From Dehalococcoidia bacterium (GTDB lineage: Bacteria; Chloroflexota; Dehalococcoidia; Bin125): DNA of 64,000 nucleotides. Shown here piece after piece: positions 23,367 to 33,816 of this stretch (positions are counted from its first letter, which is position 1; each line of letters begins with the position of its first letter). The stretch lies in contig CAXXNO010000004.1 of assembly GCA_963663235.2 (NCBI GenBank), positions 576,001 to 640,000 on the forward strand, given 5' to 3'. The translations under genes were made by a program, and so were the position numbers. The notes under the pieces were generated by a model. The model saw nothing but the letters and a program-made list of their open reading frames with translations, ran no database searches and had not been told where the DNA came from.

Positions 23367-24497
23367 TCAGATGCCCAAGAGATCGGCGACCCGCTCGCGG
23401 TGGTAGTCGCCGTCGCCCCACATCAGCTCCGCCATCTTTTGCCGCCGGAAGAACAACTGGATCTTGTACTCCTTGGTGAAGCCGATGCCCCCGTGGATCT
23501 GCTGTCCATCCGCCACCACTCGGCGGCTGGCGTCGGAGCACCAGGCCTTGGCCATGCTCACCTGCAGGTCCTGGTCCGGCTCCTCTTCGCTCACCGCCCA
23601 GGCGGCGCGGTACATGATGAAGCGCGCGGCGTCGACGTCTGTGACCATGTTCGCCGCCTTGTGCTGGATCGCCTGGAACGACCCGATCGGGCGGTCGAAC
23701 TGCACCCGCTCCTTGGCGTAGTCCAGGCTGATCTCGAAGTCGCGCTGCGCCAGCCCCACCAGGTAGGCGCAGTAGGCCACCGTCGCCCGTCGACGGAGCG
23801 GCGTCATGATCGCCCAGCCCTGGCCTTCCGCCCCCAGCAGCGCCGTCGACGGCACGCGCACGTTGTCGAACTGCACTTCGCACTGCTTGTCGGCGGCGAT
23901 GGTCTTCAGCACCGTCGTGCTGATGCCGGGCGCTTTGCCGTCGACCAGGAAGAGCGAGATGCCCTCCTCCCCCTGCCCGCCGCTGCGGGCCACCACCACC
24001 ATCGTGTCTGCGACGTGTGCATCGGGGACGAAGAGCTTGGTGCCGTTGAGCACGTAGTTGCTCCCCTCACGGGTGGCGCGCAACGTGACTCCGTCGGCGT
24101 CGAAACGGGCGGACGGTTCGGTGAAGGCGAGCGTCAGTACGCGATCGCCGCTCGCGACCGGCGGCAAGATCGCCTGCTTTTGCTCCTCGCTGCCCGCTTC
24201 GATCACCGGCACCGCGCCGAGCACGGCGGTGCTGATGAACGGGCCGGGGACCAGCGCGCGGCCGAACTCCTCCAGCAGCACGCATAGGTCCAGGAAGCGC
24301 ATGCCGGTGCCGCCGTACGGCTCGGGGATGATCAGCCCCTGCCACCCCTGGCGGGCCATGCCCTGCCAGAGCGCGTCGGTGTACCCGCGCTCATCCTCTT
24401 CCATCTCCCGCACGAGCTTCTCCGGGCACTCCTTCTCCAGGAAGTCGCGGGCGAAGTTCTTGAGCAGCTCTTGCTCTTCCGAGAGACCCAGGTCCAT
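23367..24497 (-). CDS. Acyl-CoA dehydrogenase family protein
   Basis: LSEEQ, AFTEP, LNGTK, RVQFDRPIGSFQAIQH, QIHGGIG. Confidence 0.92.
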   Translation of the reverse strand: MDLGLSEEQELLKNFARDFLEKECPEKLVREMEEDERGYTDALWQGMARQGWQGLIIPEPYGGTGMRFLDLCVLLEEFGRALVPGPFISTAVLGAVPVIEAGSEEQKQAILPPVASGDRVLTLAFTEPSARFDADGVTLRATREGSNYVLNGTKLFVPDAHVADTMVVVARSGGQGEEGISLFLVDGKAPGISTTVLKTIAADKQCEVQFDNVRVPSTALLGAEGQGWAIMTPLRRRATVAYCAYLVGLAQRDFEISLDYAKERVQFDRPIGSFQAIQHKAANMVTDVDAARFIMYRAAWAVSEEEPDQDLQVSMAKAWCSDASRRVVADGQQIHGGIGFTKEYKIQLFFRRQKMAELMWGDGDYHRERVADLLGI

Positions 24498-24654
24498 GAT
24501 CCGCCCTGCCGTTCGCTCTTGCTGTTCCACGGTCCGGCTCGATGCCAGCGGAGGTTAGTCGATCCCGCCGGGCGCGGCCAGCCACGGCGATCGCGATGGG
24601 CTAGCATGCGCCTCGCCCGTCCGCCCCTCGATGCAGCGACGGAGGAGCCTTCTC

Positions 24655-25379
24655 GTGCCACCGCTCTTCGACTTCGGCGGGCGTCGCGTCATCGTCTACG
24701 GCGTCGATGCGCCGCTCGGCAAGGCGATCGCCGCTGCCATGCGCGCGGCCGGCGCGACCGTCGCGATGACGAGCAGCAGCACGGACGGGAATGCGCTCTT
24801 GGCCATGAAGCGCGCGGCGGCCGGAGGCCCCGCGGAGGCCGTGGACTTGAGCAACGCCACCAACGTGCAGGTCGCAACGAAGAAGCTCCAGAAGGCGCTG
24901 GGCGGCCTCGACGTCGCGGTGGCGGTGATCGACGCCGCCCGCCACCCGGCGGCGTTGCCCGACGTGTTCCGCAGCGCCTCGCGGGAGATCGCTCGCAAGG
25001 GCGAGGACGGACGCTTGCTCGCCGCTTGCTCTCCGAGTCGGACGTGCTCTCCGAGTCGGACGCGCTCTCCGAGTCGAACGCGACCGCCCTGCCCGCTCTG
25101 CTGCAATCCCTGGAGCGCGCGTCCGGCTCGACCGTCAACGTGGTGCTCGTGCGCTCGCTGGGCGCCGCGGCGGGGGCGGAGGTTTCTGCCGGCGACCCGG
25201 TGCTCCGCGCCATCCCGATACAGTCGGCCGCGACGCCGGACGATGTCGCGCAGCTGGCGCTCTACCTCTGCTCCGCCGCCGGCGCCGGCATCGACGGCCA
25301 AGTGCTGACCGTGGAGGGCGGCGCGCTCGGCCGCCTCGACACAAGGATCGACGCCAACATCGACGGAGGAACGCAATGA
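24655..25379 (+). pseudogene. Degenerate SDR-fold protein, frameshifted near 25015-25030
   Basis: N-terminal Rossmann-like half in frame of ORF 24631; C-terminal SDR half (PDDVAQLALYLCS..IDGQVLTVEGG) in frame of ORF 24471; GGAGG RBS before GTG 24655. Confidence 0.7.
25028..25082 (+). repeat. 18-bp tandem repeat x3
   Basis: GCTCTCCGAGTCGGACGT / ...GGACGC / ...GAACGC. Confidence 0.9.
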
Positions 25380-26188
25380 CCGTGCTGGATCGCATGCGCC
25401 TCGATGACCGGGTGGCCATCGTGACTGGGGCGGGCCGCGGCCTGGGCCGGGCGATGGCCCTCGCCTTCGCCGACGCCGGCGCGAACGTGGTCTGCGCGGC
25501 CCGCACGCTGGAGCAGATCGAAGACACCGCGACCGAGGTGCGCGCCCGCGGCGGCCGGGCCCTGGCGATCCCCACCGACGTTACGGATGTCGCCCAGGTC
25601 AACGCGATGGTGGAGCGCACCGTTGCGGAGTTCGGCCGCATCGACGTCCTCATCGGCAACGCCGGCGGCCGCACCAAAGCCGACAACCGCCCCCTCCACG
25701 AGATCGACGACGCCGACTGGCGCCACGGCATCGACACCAACTTGACCTCGATCGTCTCCAGCGTTCGCGCCGTCGTGCCCCACATGCTCCGGCAGGGCCG
25801 CGGCAAGATCCTGATCAACGCCTCGGGGCTGGGGCTGCGCGGAAACCGCAACCTCAACATGTACTGCGCGGGGAAGGCGGCGGCGATCAATCTCACCCGC
25901 AGCCTGGCGCTGACCTACGGGCCCCAGGGCATCCAGGTGAACGCGCTGGCCACCGGCCTCTTTTTCCAGACCGAGGCGGCGGCGGCCCGCTGGAGCGGCG
26001 GACTCTACATCCCTGTCGGCCGCTCCGGTTCGTCCTGGGAGATCGGCCCGCTGGCGCTGTACCTCTGCTCCGACGCCGCCTCAGGCGTCAACGGCGCGGC
26101 CGTGCTGATCGACGGCGGCGGGCTCGCGGGCGGGGTGGCGCCGGTCGGCTTCGCCCCGCGGATCCCCCTGCCGGGGGGCTCGGCATGA
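25376..26188 (+). CDS. Short-chain dehydrogenase/reductase
   Basis: TGAGRGLG, NAG, YCAGK. Confidence 0.92.
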   Translation: MTVLDRMRLDDRVAIVTGAGRGLGRAMALAFADAGANVVCAARTLEQIEDTATEVRARGGRALAIPTDVTDVAQVNAMVERTVAEFGRIDVLIGNAGGRTKADNRPLHEIDDADWRHGIDTNLTSIVSSVRAVVPHMLRQGRGKILINASGLGLRGNRNLNMYCAGKAAAINLTRSLALTYGPQGIQVNALATGLFFQTEAAAARWSGGLYIPVGRSGSSWEIGPLALYLCSDAASGVNGAAVLIDGGGLAGGVAPVGFAPRIPLPGGSA

Positions 26189-27003
26189 CCCCCGACGCAG
26201 ACGCCGACGCCCGCACCCCCGCGCCAGAGCAGCCGCAGCGCATGTTCGACCTCGGCGGCCGCACGGCGCTGGTGGTGGGCGCGGGCCGCCCGCTGGGAGG
26301 CGCCATCGCCCTCGCGCTGGCCGAGGCCGGCGCCGATGTCGCCGTGGCCGGGCTCACCGCCATCGAGGGCGAGAAGTTCCAGGTCGCCTCGGCGGCCAAC
26401 CAGATCTGGGCGCTGGGACGGCGCAACATGGTGCTGGAGATGGCCGCCACCGACGCCGCCGGCGTCGCGACCGGCGTCCAGCGGGTCGACGACGCCTGGG
26501 GCCGCATCGACGTCCTCGTCAACGCCCAGGACTTGGTCTTTGCCATGCCCTTGGACCAGACCGGCCTGAGCGATTGGGAAAAAACCGTCGCCGGCAACCT
26601 CACCTCGGTCTTCCTCACCTGTCAGGCGGCGGGACGGGTGATGCTGCGCGGGGGCTACGGCCGCGTCATCAACGTCGTCTCGCTCCCCGGCGAGCGCGGC
26701 GTGGCCAACATGGCCGCCTACGCCGCCGCCAAGGGCGGCGTGCTGGCGCTGACCCGCACCCTGGCGATCGAGTGGGCCAAGACGGGCGTCACCGCCAACG
26801 CAGTCCTCCTCGGCTGGTACGAGGAGCAGGCCGGCATCGCCGACAACCCGGAGTACGTCGCCGCGCTGACCAAGATGCTGCCCTCCCGCTCCCTGGTGAA
26901 AGGCGACGACGCCGCGGCCCTCTGCGTCATGCTCGCCGCCGACAGCGGCTACATGACCGGGACCACCTTCACCCTCGACGGCGCCGCCACATCGCGCATC
27001 TAG
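26185..27003 (+). CDS. Short-chain dehydrogenase/reductase
   Basis: VGAGRPLG, YAAAK, YMTG..LDG. Confidence 0.88.
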   Translation: MTPDADADARTPAPEQPQRMFDLGGRTALVVGAGRPLGGAIALALAEAGADVAVAGLTAIEGEKFQVASAANQIWALGRRNMVLEMAATDAAGVATGVQRVDDAWGRIDVLVNAQDLVFAMPLDQTGLSDWEKTVAGNLTSVFLTCQAAGRVMLRGGYGRVINVVSLPGERGVANMAAYAAAKGGVLALTRTLAIEWAKTGVTANAVLLGWYEEQAGIADNPEYVAALTKMLPSRSLVKGDDAAALCVMLAADSGYMTGTTFTLDGAATSRI

Positions 27004-27006
27004 CGC

Positions 27007-28959
27007 CTAGATCCCTGCTCCGCTCTCTAGGCGTTCGGCCTCCTCGTCGCGCCCCGCCGCTCGGTAGGCGATCGCCAGGTTGTGCCGACTCGTGAGCGCG
27101 TCGGGATGCTCGGGGCCCAAGAGCCGCTCGCTGTCCCGCAGGGTGCGCTCGTGCAGAGCGATCGCTTCGGCGTGGCGGCCCGCGGCCCGGTACGCGTTGG
27201 CGAGGTTGTTGCGGCTTCTGAGGGTATCGGGGTGCTCGGGGTCCAGGATCCGCTCCATAGCCTCCAGGGTCTGCTCGTGCAGCCGGATCGCCTCCTCCAC
27301 GCGGCCCGCCGTCCCGTACGCGTTGGCCAGGTTGTTGCGGCTGCCGAGCGTATCGGGGCGGCTCGGGCCCCAGGAGCCGCTCGCGGGCCTCCAGGGTCTG
27401 CTCGTGCAGCGGGACCGCCTCTCCGGCCCGGCCCGCCTCCTGGTACGCGTTGGCGAGGTTGTTGCGACTCTTGAGGGTCTCGGGGTGCTCGGGGCCGAGG
27501 AGCCGTTCGCGGGCGGCGAGGGTCTGCTCGAAAAGCGGGATCGCATCGTCGGTCCGGCCAGCCTCCGCGTACGCGGCGGCGAGGTTGTTGCGGCTGCCGA
27601 GGGTGTCGGGGTGCTCGCGGCCGAGGATCCGTTCCAGAGTCTCGAGGGTCTGTTCGTTGAGCGGGATCGCCTCCGCGACGCGCCCCGCCTCCCGGTACGA
27701 ATCGGCAAGGTTGTTGCGGCTCCCGAGGGTGTCAGGGTGCTCGGGGCCGCGGAGCCGCTCCACGTCCAGGAGGGTTTGCTCGAACAGAGGGATCGCCTCG
27801 ATGAAACGGCCGAGCGTCCCATACGCGATAGCCAGATTGTTCGCGAACGTGGGAATCGCGCCTTCGTCCGGTGGCGACGCGGCGCGCGCCTGCTCCAGCA
27901 GCGCATCGTAATGAGCCATCTCCGCTCGCAGCGCTGGCGGGTCGCTCTCGTTGATGGCTGCGAGCCTTGGAAGGCCCCGCGCGAGCGCCGCCCGCGGCGA
28001 TCCGCGCCCCCGACGTTCGTGGCGCGGATCGCCGCGATGGTCAGCCCGTGGATCTCCATGAAGCCCTCGCTCGCCGCGACCAGCGACTGACTGGCGCACT
28101 CCTCTAGGAAGTCGGCGAAGCGGCCATCGTCCGCGTCGGCCAGCGCCATCGCCAGCGGCTTGGGAATGGGCGCGTCCGCCACGTAACCGAACGGCGCCAG
28201 CCGCCCGCGCGTCTCGCCGTCCAGCGAGTCCAGCGCCCCGCTCAACGTGGCGAGCACGCCCTCGGCTCCGTCGATTGTCGTCCCCGCGGCGCTCTGAAAC
28301 GCGTCCACTGAGGCCTGGTCTGGCGCGGACCGCAGCTCCTCCAACAGCGCGCGCGCCGTCTGTCCCTCCCTCGCCAACCGAATGGCGAGGATCTCTAGCG
28401 CCAGCGGGAGGTAGCCGACCTCTTGCGCAATCTCCGCCGCGACCGGCTCGTCCCGCTTGCAGCCGTCTCGCGAGCACAGAAGCGCCACGGCCGCTGCGGG
28501 CTCAAGCACGCCTACCTTCTTCAAGGTCGCTGTACCTGACAGCAGAGGCTTGCGCGAGTCCCTGGTCGTGACGAGAAGCCGTATTGGGCCGGCCGCCTCG
28601 TGTAAGGCAGTGAATTGATCGAGACTCGGTAGGTTGTCTACTGCCCACAGCGTCTTGTCCGGCAGGTCGGCGAGCCGCCGTCGGACGGCAGCCGCGATGT
28701 CGGCCTCGCTCAAGCCTTGCGTCGGTATGTCGAACGACGGCGCGAGAGCGATAAGCGTCTGTTGAACGTCCGCACCCGCAGGCGTCCAGAACCCGCGGGC
28801 CTTGGAGCGGTACGTGTGCTCCACGGCAAGCCGTGACTTCCCCGACCCGGCCCCGCCGGCAAGGATTACTGCCTTTTTCTTCTTGAACGCGCCTTTGATC
28901 TCCTTGAGGTCGTTCTTCCGTCCGACCAGTCCCTCCTCAAGCGACGGGGGCCGGCCCAT
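27007..28959 (-). pseudogene. NB-ARC/STAND NTPase-TPR protein with two compensating frameshifts
   Basis: GGAGSGKS, WAVDNL, LLVTTR, GYLPLAL, EIHGL; TPR portion 27360-28000 lies in the alternative frame (ORF 26969..28477). Confidence 0.78.
27050..27850 (-). repeat. 126-bp coding repeats (42-aa TPRs), about 6-7 copies
   Basis: Recurring LGPEHPDTL.SRNNLA.AY..AGR..EAI.L.EQTL. Confidence 0.88.
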
Positions 28960-29190
28960 CCAATACGGGACGCCTTCAACATCATCTGATTCCTTGGATT
29001 TCCGCCAGAGATCACGGGCCCGGCGCGACCGCCCGCGTGGTGGACACCCAGGGCCGCTCCATCGTGGAGACTGCCTCCCACGATCAGGTCAGCAAGCATC
29101 AGCAGCGCATCCACGCCTTCGGGCCCGACCCCCACATCGAGCGCTGCAAGGGTTCGATGAGCGCCGTGGTCGAAGAGGCGCCCTAGGCGA

Positions 29191-29640
29191 CTAGTAGCCG
29201 CCCCGGCGTCGCAGCGTCACGATGTCGTACGCCACCACCACGGCCAGCAGGAACACGCAGAGGAAGACCAGCGCCAATAGCGCCTCGCCCCCGGCCCCGC
29301 CCACGTCCGCCCCCTCCCGCACGATCAACAACACCCCGCCAACGGCCACCACTGCCAGCGCCCGCCACCAGCGATGCAGGTACTCCGCCGCCAGCCCCGC
29401 CAGCATCCCCACCGCGGTCGCCCCCGACACCGTGATCAGCACGTGCACGTCCTCCGGGCGGTTCCAGCCCCCGCGCTGCGTGCCCGTGAGCGCGTCCACC
29501 GGCTCCGTGGACTCGCCGCCGCGCAGCGCCAGGAACGCCACCACGATCGCCATCCCCACCGCCCCGCCGATCAGCGGGCGCGCCAGCAGCCAGAACCGCC
29601 ACGTGGCCGCCGCCCGATCCCACCGCCGCAATCGCGTCAT
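29191..29640 (-). CDS. Hypothetical membrane protein (about 4 TM)
   Basis: Four hydrophobic segments; directly downstream of SDR. Confidence 0.65.
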   Translation of the reverse strand: MTRLRRWDRAAATWRFWLLARPLIGGAVGMAIVVAFLALRGGESTEPVDALTGTQRGGWNRPEDVHVLITVSGATAVGMLAGLAAEYLHRWWRALAVVAVGGVLLIVREGADVGGAGGEALLALVFLCVFLLAVVVAYDIVTLRRRGGY

Positions 29641-29653
29641 CTCGCGCCCCGCT

Positions 29654-30415
29654 CTAGATGTTCGAGCGGCTCTGCCCGCCGTCGACGTTGAGGCACGCGC
29701 CCGTCACCCACGACGCCTTCGACGAAGCCAGGAACGTCACCACGTTCGCCACCTCCTCCGGCCGCCCGAAGTGGCCGAAGGCGATCGTGTCCACGACCTC
29801 TCGCTGGATCGTCTCCGGGTCCTGCTCGTAGCGCTGCTGCCAGCGGCTTCCCGGCCACGCGATCGATCCCGGGGCCACCGCGTTGACCCGGATGTTGTCC
29901 TTCGCCAGCGTCAGCGCCATCGCCTTGGCGTGGCTGTGCATCGCCGCCTTCATCGCGTTGTACGGTGGCCGCCCGCCCGCCTCCCGGCCGAAGATCGACC
30001 CGATGTGCACGATCGACCCGCCACCCCGCTCGCGCATGTGCGGCACGGCCGCTCGCGTCGCCCGCACGGTGGCGAGCAGGTTGATGGTGAACATCTCCGA
30101 CCAGGCGTCGTCATCATCCCCGGGGAGCGATCCCCCCACGTTGTTCACCAGGATGTCCAGCCCGCCCAGCGCCTCGACCGTCCGCGCAACAACCCGCTCG
30201 ACGTCGTCCGCGCGGCCCAGGTCGGCGGCCACCGCTTCCACCCGTCCCGGTCCTGCGGCCTCGATCTCCGCGCGCGCCGCCTCCAAGGCATCCGGCCGGC
30301 GCGCGCAGATCGCCACGTCGGCCCCTTCCGCCGCCAACGCCAGCGCGCAGTGCTTCCCGATCCCCTCGGAGGCGCCCGTGATCAGCGCGACCTTGCCGCG
30401 CAACTCCAGGTCCAT
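29654..30415 (-). CDS. Short-chain dehydrogenase/reductase
   Basis: TGASEGIG, NNVG, YNAMK, NVDGG. Confidence 0.92.
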   Translation of the reverse strand: MDLELRGKVALITGASEGIGKHCALALAAEGADVAICARRPDALEAARAEIEAAGPGRVEAVAADLGRADDVERVVARTVEALGGLDILVNNVGGSLPGDDDDAWSEMFTINLLATVRATRAAVPHMRERGGGSIVHIGSIFGREAGGRPPYNAMKAAMHSHAKAMALTLAKDNIRVNAVAPGSIAWPGSRWQQRYEQDPETIQREVVDTIAFGHFGRPEEVANVVTFLASSKASWVTGACLNVDGGQSRSNI

Positions 30416-30459
30416 GGCGTCGGCCAGGATAGCAGCGCCTCGCGATAGAATCGCCATCG

Positions 30460-32904
30460 ATGATCGATTCAACGCCGCCCGCCGCGGAGCGATTGCAGAC
30501 CCTCGGGCGTCACTCGCGGCTGACGGCGCTCCAGGGGGGCGCGTTCGTCCGCGCGATGGCCCGGGAGGCGCTGCGACCGGGTCCGGGCGCGCAGCGCTCC
30601 GGCGCTATCCGCGTGGCGGGGCTGCACGCGCCCGTTGAGATCCTCCGCGACGAGTCCGGCGTGCCCCACTGCTTCGCCCGCAACGCGGACGACGCTCTCT
30701 TCGCGCTGGGCTTCGTGCACGTTCAGGACCGTTTCTGGCAGATGGAGTACTGCCGCCGCCTCGCCGCCGGGCGTATCGCCGAGGTGGTCGGCCCCAAGGG
30801 CCTCCCCGCCGACCGCTTCATGCGACACCTGGGGCTGCATCGTTCCGCCGCCGCGTCCTGGGCGGCGACGCCGGACCACATCCGGGACCGCATCCTCCCC
30901 TACCTCGAGGGGATCGGCGCCGCCATGGCTGCGACGCCGCTGCCGCTGGAGTTCCGCATCCTGGACTACGAGCCGGAGCCCTGGCGGCCGCAGGATTCGA
31001 CGGGCTGGGCCAAAGCGCTGGCCTTCTTCCTCTCGCCTGGATGGGACGCCCAGATCCTCCGCGCTCGGCTCGTGGAGGCCGTGGGCCTGGAGGCGCTGCT
31101 CGCCATCGACCGGGGCTACCCGCCCGACGGTCCCGTCATCGCGCCGCCGGGCGCTCCCTACGGCGCCCTGGGAAAAGAAGCGGAGACGGCTTTCCACGAC
31201 ATCGCCCGCCTGATCGGCGTGGGCGCCGGCGGCCACGGCAGCAACAACTGGGCGACGGCGGCCTCCCGCAGCGCCGGCGGTCACGCCCTCCTCGCCACCG
31301 ACCCGCACCTGGCCGCGACGCTGCCTTGCCCCACCTACTTCGCGCATCTTCACTGCCCGGAGTGGTCCGTGGCCGGCGCGACGGTCCCCGGGCTGCCTGG
31401 GGTGATCTGGGGCTTCAACCGCCGCATCGCCTGGGGCCCCACGGCCGGGCTGGCCGTCACGCAGGAGGTCTACGTCGAAGAGTTCGACGCCGCGGGCCGC
31501 CGCTACCGCACGCCCGACGGCTGGGCCGAGGCGGAGGTGGTGGAGGAGCGCATCGCGGTGCGGGGCTTCCCCGCCGAGTCGCATGCCGTGGTGATCACGC
31601 GCCACGGGCCGGTGATCTCGCCGCAGCTGCCCGGCGTGCGCCAGGCGCTGGCGCTGCGATCGACGGTGCTGGAGCCTTGGACCTCGGGCGAGGGACTGCT
31701 GGCCCTGTTCGATGCCGACGGCGTCGACGCTTTCCGCCGCGCCATCGCCGGCTTCCAGGAGTTCAACCTCTGCTTCGCCTACGCCGACGTCGACGGGCAC
31801 GTGGGCACGTACGTGAGCGGCGCCGTCCCGCGGCGGCGCCCGGGCGCCGGCTGGCTGCCCGCGCCCGGCTGGGACCCGGCCTTCGACTGGGACGGCTTCA
31901 TCCCCCACGACCAACTGCCGCACACCTTCGATCCTCCGGACGGCCGGGTCTGGAGCGCCAACAACGCGCCCCGTCCGGCCCCGGAGATGACCTATCGCGG
32001 CGAGTTCCTGGATCCCTACCGGGCTGCTCGGATCGGGCAGCAGTTGGCCACAACGGCCCCCGCCTCCCCGGAGGCGTGCCGCGCCTTGCAGTTGGATCGC
32101 TGCTCGCTGCCGATGCTGGCGTTTCGCGACCATTTGCTGGCCGTTTCACCGCAGGACGAGACGGAGCGGTTCCTGCTCGCCCGGGTGCGCGACTGGGACG
32201 GCGCTATGGAGCCATCATCGACGGCGGCGGCCGTCGTGGGCGCCACCTTCGCCCGTCTCTTGGAAGACGTGCTGCGGGCCAAACTGGGCGGCGCCACGGC
32301 GCTCTTCCTCTCCGGCGGCCACGCGCTTCCGACCGTCAATCCCATCCTGGCGCGGGGGGCCTCGTTGATCGTGTCCCTCTTGGATGAGACGCCCCAGGAC
32401 TGGTTCGGTCCGGTGGCGGGCTCAGTCGAAGGTCGGGCGGTCTGGGCGGCGGCGCTCACCCGCGCCTTCCGCGATGCGCAGGCGCTGCTGCGGGACCGTC
32501 TGGGCAAGGATCCCACTCGGTGGACCTGGGGCCGTTGCCGTCAACTGACCCTCAGCCACGGTCTGGGCTCCGCGCCGCTGCTGTCGCGATGGCTCAACGT
32601 CGGGCCGTTCCCCTACGGCAGCGACGCGAACACGCTCTGCCAGGGCGGTCCGCTCTCCACCGACCCGTTCGCCCCTATCACGGTCATCCCTGTCCTGCGC
32701 TTGGTGGTGGAGATGGCCCCCGAGCCCCGCGCGGAGTTCGCCCTGGCGGGCGCGCAGTCGGAACGCCGTGGCGATCGGCGGGGGCGCGCGCTCTTGGACG
32801 ACTGGCGGCACGGCCGCTACCGGCCGCTCCGCACAGATCGCGGCGCGATCGAGGCGGCCGGCGCTGAGCGCCTCCTGCTCCAGCCGGGCGCTAGCGGCCG
32901 CTGA
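30460..32904 (+). CDS. Penicillin acylase family Ntn hydrolase
   Basis: RDESGVPH, QDRFWQM, G-SNNW nucleophile, DPHL, TRHGP, SANN. Confidence 0.92.
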   Translation: MIDSTPPAAERLQTLGRHSRLTALQGGAFVRAMAREALRPGPGAQRSGAIRVAGLHAPVEILRDESGVPHCFARNADDALFALGFVHVQDRFWQMEYCRRLAAGRIAEVVGPKGLPADRFMRHLGLHRSAAASWAATPDHIRDRILPYLEGIGAAMAATPLPLEFRILDYEPEPWRPQDSTGWAKALAFFLSPGWDAQILRARLVEAVGLEALLAIDRGYPPDGPVIAPPGAPYGALGKEAETAFHDIARLIGVGAGGHGSNNWATAASRSAGGHALLATDPHLAATLPCPTYFAHLHCPEWSVAGATVPGLPGVIWGFNRRIAWGPTAGLAVTQEVYVEEFDAAGRRYRTPDGWAEAEVVEERIAVRGFPAESHAVVITRHGPVISPQLPGVRQALALRSTVLEPWTSGEGLLALFDADGVDAFRRAIAGFQEFNLCFAYADVDGHVGTYVSGAVPRRRPGAGWLPAPGWDPAFDWDGFIPHDQLPHTFDPPDGRVWSANNAPRPAPEMTYRGEFLDPYRAARIGQQLATTAPASPEACRALQLDRCSLPMLAFRDHLLAVSPQDETERFLLARVRDWDGAMEPSSTAAAVVGATFARLLEDVLRAKLGGATALFLSGGHALPTVNPILARGASLIVSLLDETPQDWFGPVAGSVEGRAVWAAALTRAFRDAQALLRDRLGKDPTRWTWGRCRQLTLSHGLGSAPLLSRWLNVGPFPYGSDANTLCQGGPLSTDPFAPITVIPVLRLVVEMAPEPRAEFALAGAQSERRGDRRGRALLDDWRHGRYRPLRTDRGAIEAAGAERLLLQPGASGR

Positions 32905-33700
32905 AGACCGGCGGCCGCTTCTCCGTATAGGCGCGCACGGCCTCGCGATGATCCTCGGTGTGGGCCGTGATCGCCTCCCAGGCCAGCCCCACGTCCAGCA
33001 CCGTCTCCGCCTGCTGCTTGAGCAGCTTGTTGACGGCGACCTTGGTGGCGCGAACGGCGAACGGCGCCATCCCCGCCAGGCGGTTCGCGACCTCCATGCT
33101 GAAGCGCTCGAGGTCGTCCTGCGGCACCAGGTGGTTGACGATGCCGAGACGCAGCAACTCGTCGCCGGCGATCAACTCGCCCGTCATCAACAGCTCCTTG
33201 GCCTTGTTGACCCCCACCAGCATGGGCCAGATCACGCAGCCACCGTCCCCCGCAACCAGCCCCACGTTGACGTGCGTGTCGCCGATGCGCGCTTTGTCTG
33301 ATGCGATCACCACGTCGCACAGCAACGCGATCGTGGCGCCCAGGCCCACCGCCGGACCGTTGACCATTGACACGATGGGCTTCTGCAAGTCCAGGAGGGT
33401 GTGCACGATCTCCTGCGCCTCGGTGCGCACCGTGCTGAACGCTTGATCCAGGACGCTTTGCCCGCTGCCGCGCTGCTCCATGCCTTGGATGTCGCCGCCG
33501 GCGGAGAACGCGCGTCCCGCCCCTGTCAGCACCACCACGCGCGACTCTTCGTCCTGGTTGGCGTCGCGGAACACGCTGGCCAGCTCCGCGTGCAGGGCGG
33601 CGTGGATGGCGTTCAGCCGCTCGGGCCGGTTCATTGTGAGGATGAGGATCGGACCCTGGCGGCTGATCTGGATGAATTCGTAGCGGCTGAAGTCGGGCAT
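32891..33700 (-). CDS. Enoyl-CoA hydratase/isomerase
   Basis: NRPERLNA, AFSAGGD, NGPAVGLG, GLVAGDGG. Confidence 0.92.
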   Translation of the reverse strand: MPDFSRYEFIQISRQGPILILTMNRPERLNAIHAALHAELASVFRDANQDEESRVVVLTGAGRAFSAGGDIQGMEQRGSGQSVLDQAFSTVRTEAQEIVHTLLDLQKPIVSMVNGPAVGLGATIALLCDVVIASDKARIGDTHVNVGLVAGDGGCVIWPMLVGVNKAKELLMTGELIAGDELLRLGIVNHLVPQDDLERFSMEVANRLAGMAPFAVRATKVAVNKLLKQQAETVLDVGLAWEAITAHTEDHREAVRAYTEKRPPVFSGR

Positions 33701-33816
33701 GGTGAGCCTCCGCGGTGAAATCGGTCCCCGGCTGTGGGGCGCGCGACGCCGGTCGGCGGCGCTGCCTGAGCAGCCTAGCCCGTCGGTCAAGCGATGTCGG
33801 CGCTAGAATCGGCCCG

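Noticed and set aside
27050-27850. Regular repeats as a possible CRISPR array
   Set aside because: 126-bp period encodes TPR units, with no unique spacers and no cas genes
28480-29190. Lower-GC stretch as a mobile element
   Set aside because: No transposase, integrase, terminal repeats or tRNA target visible
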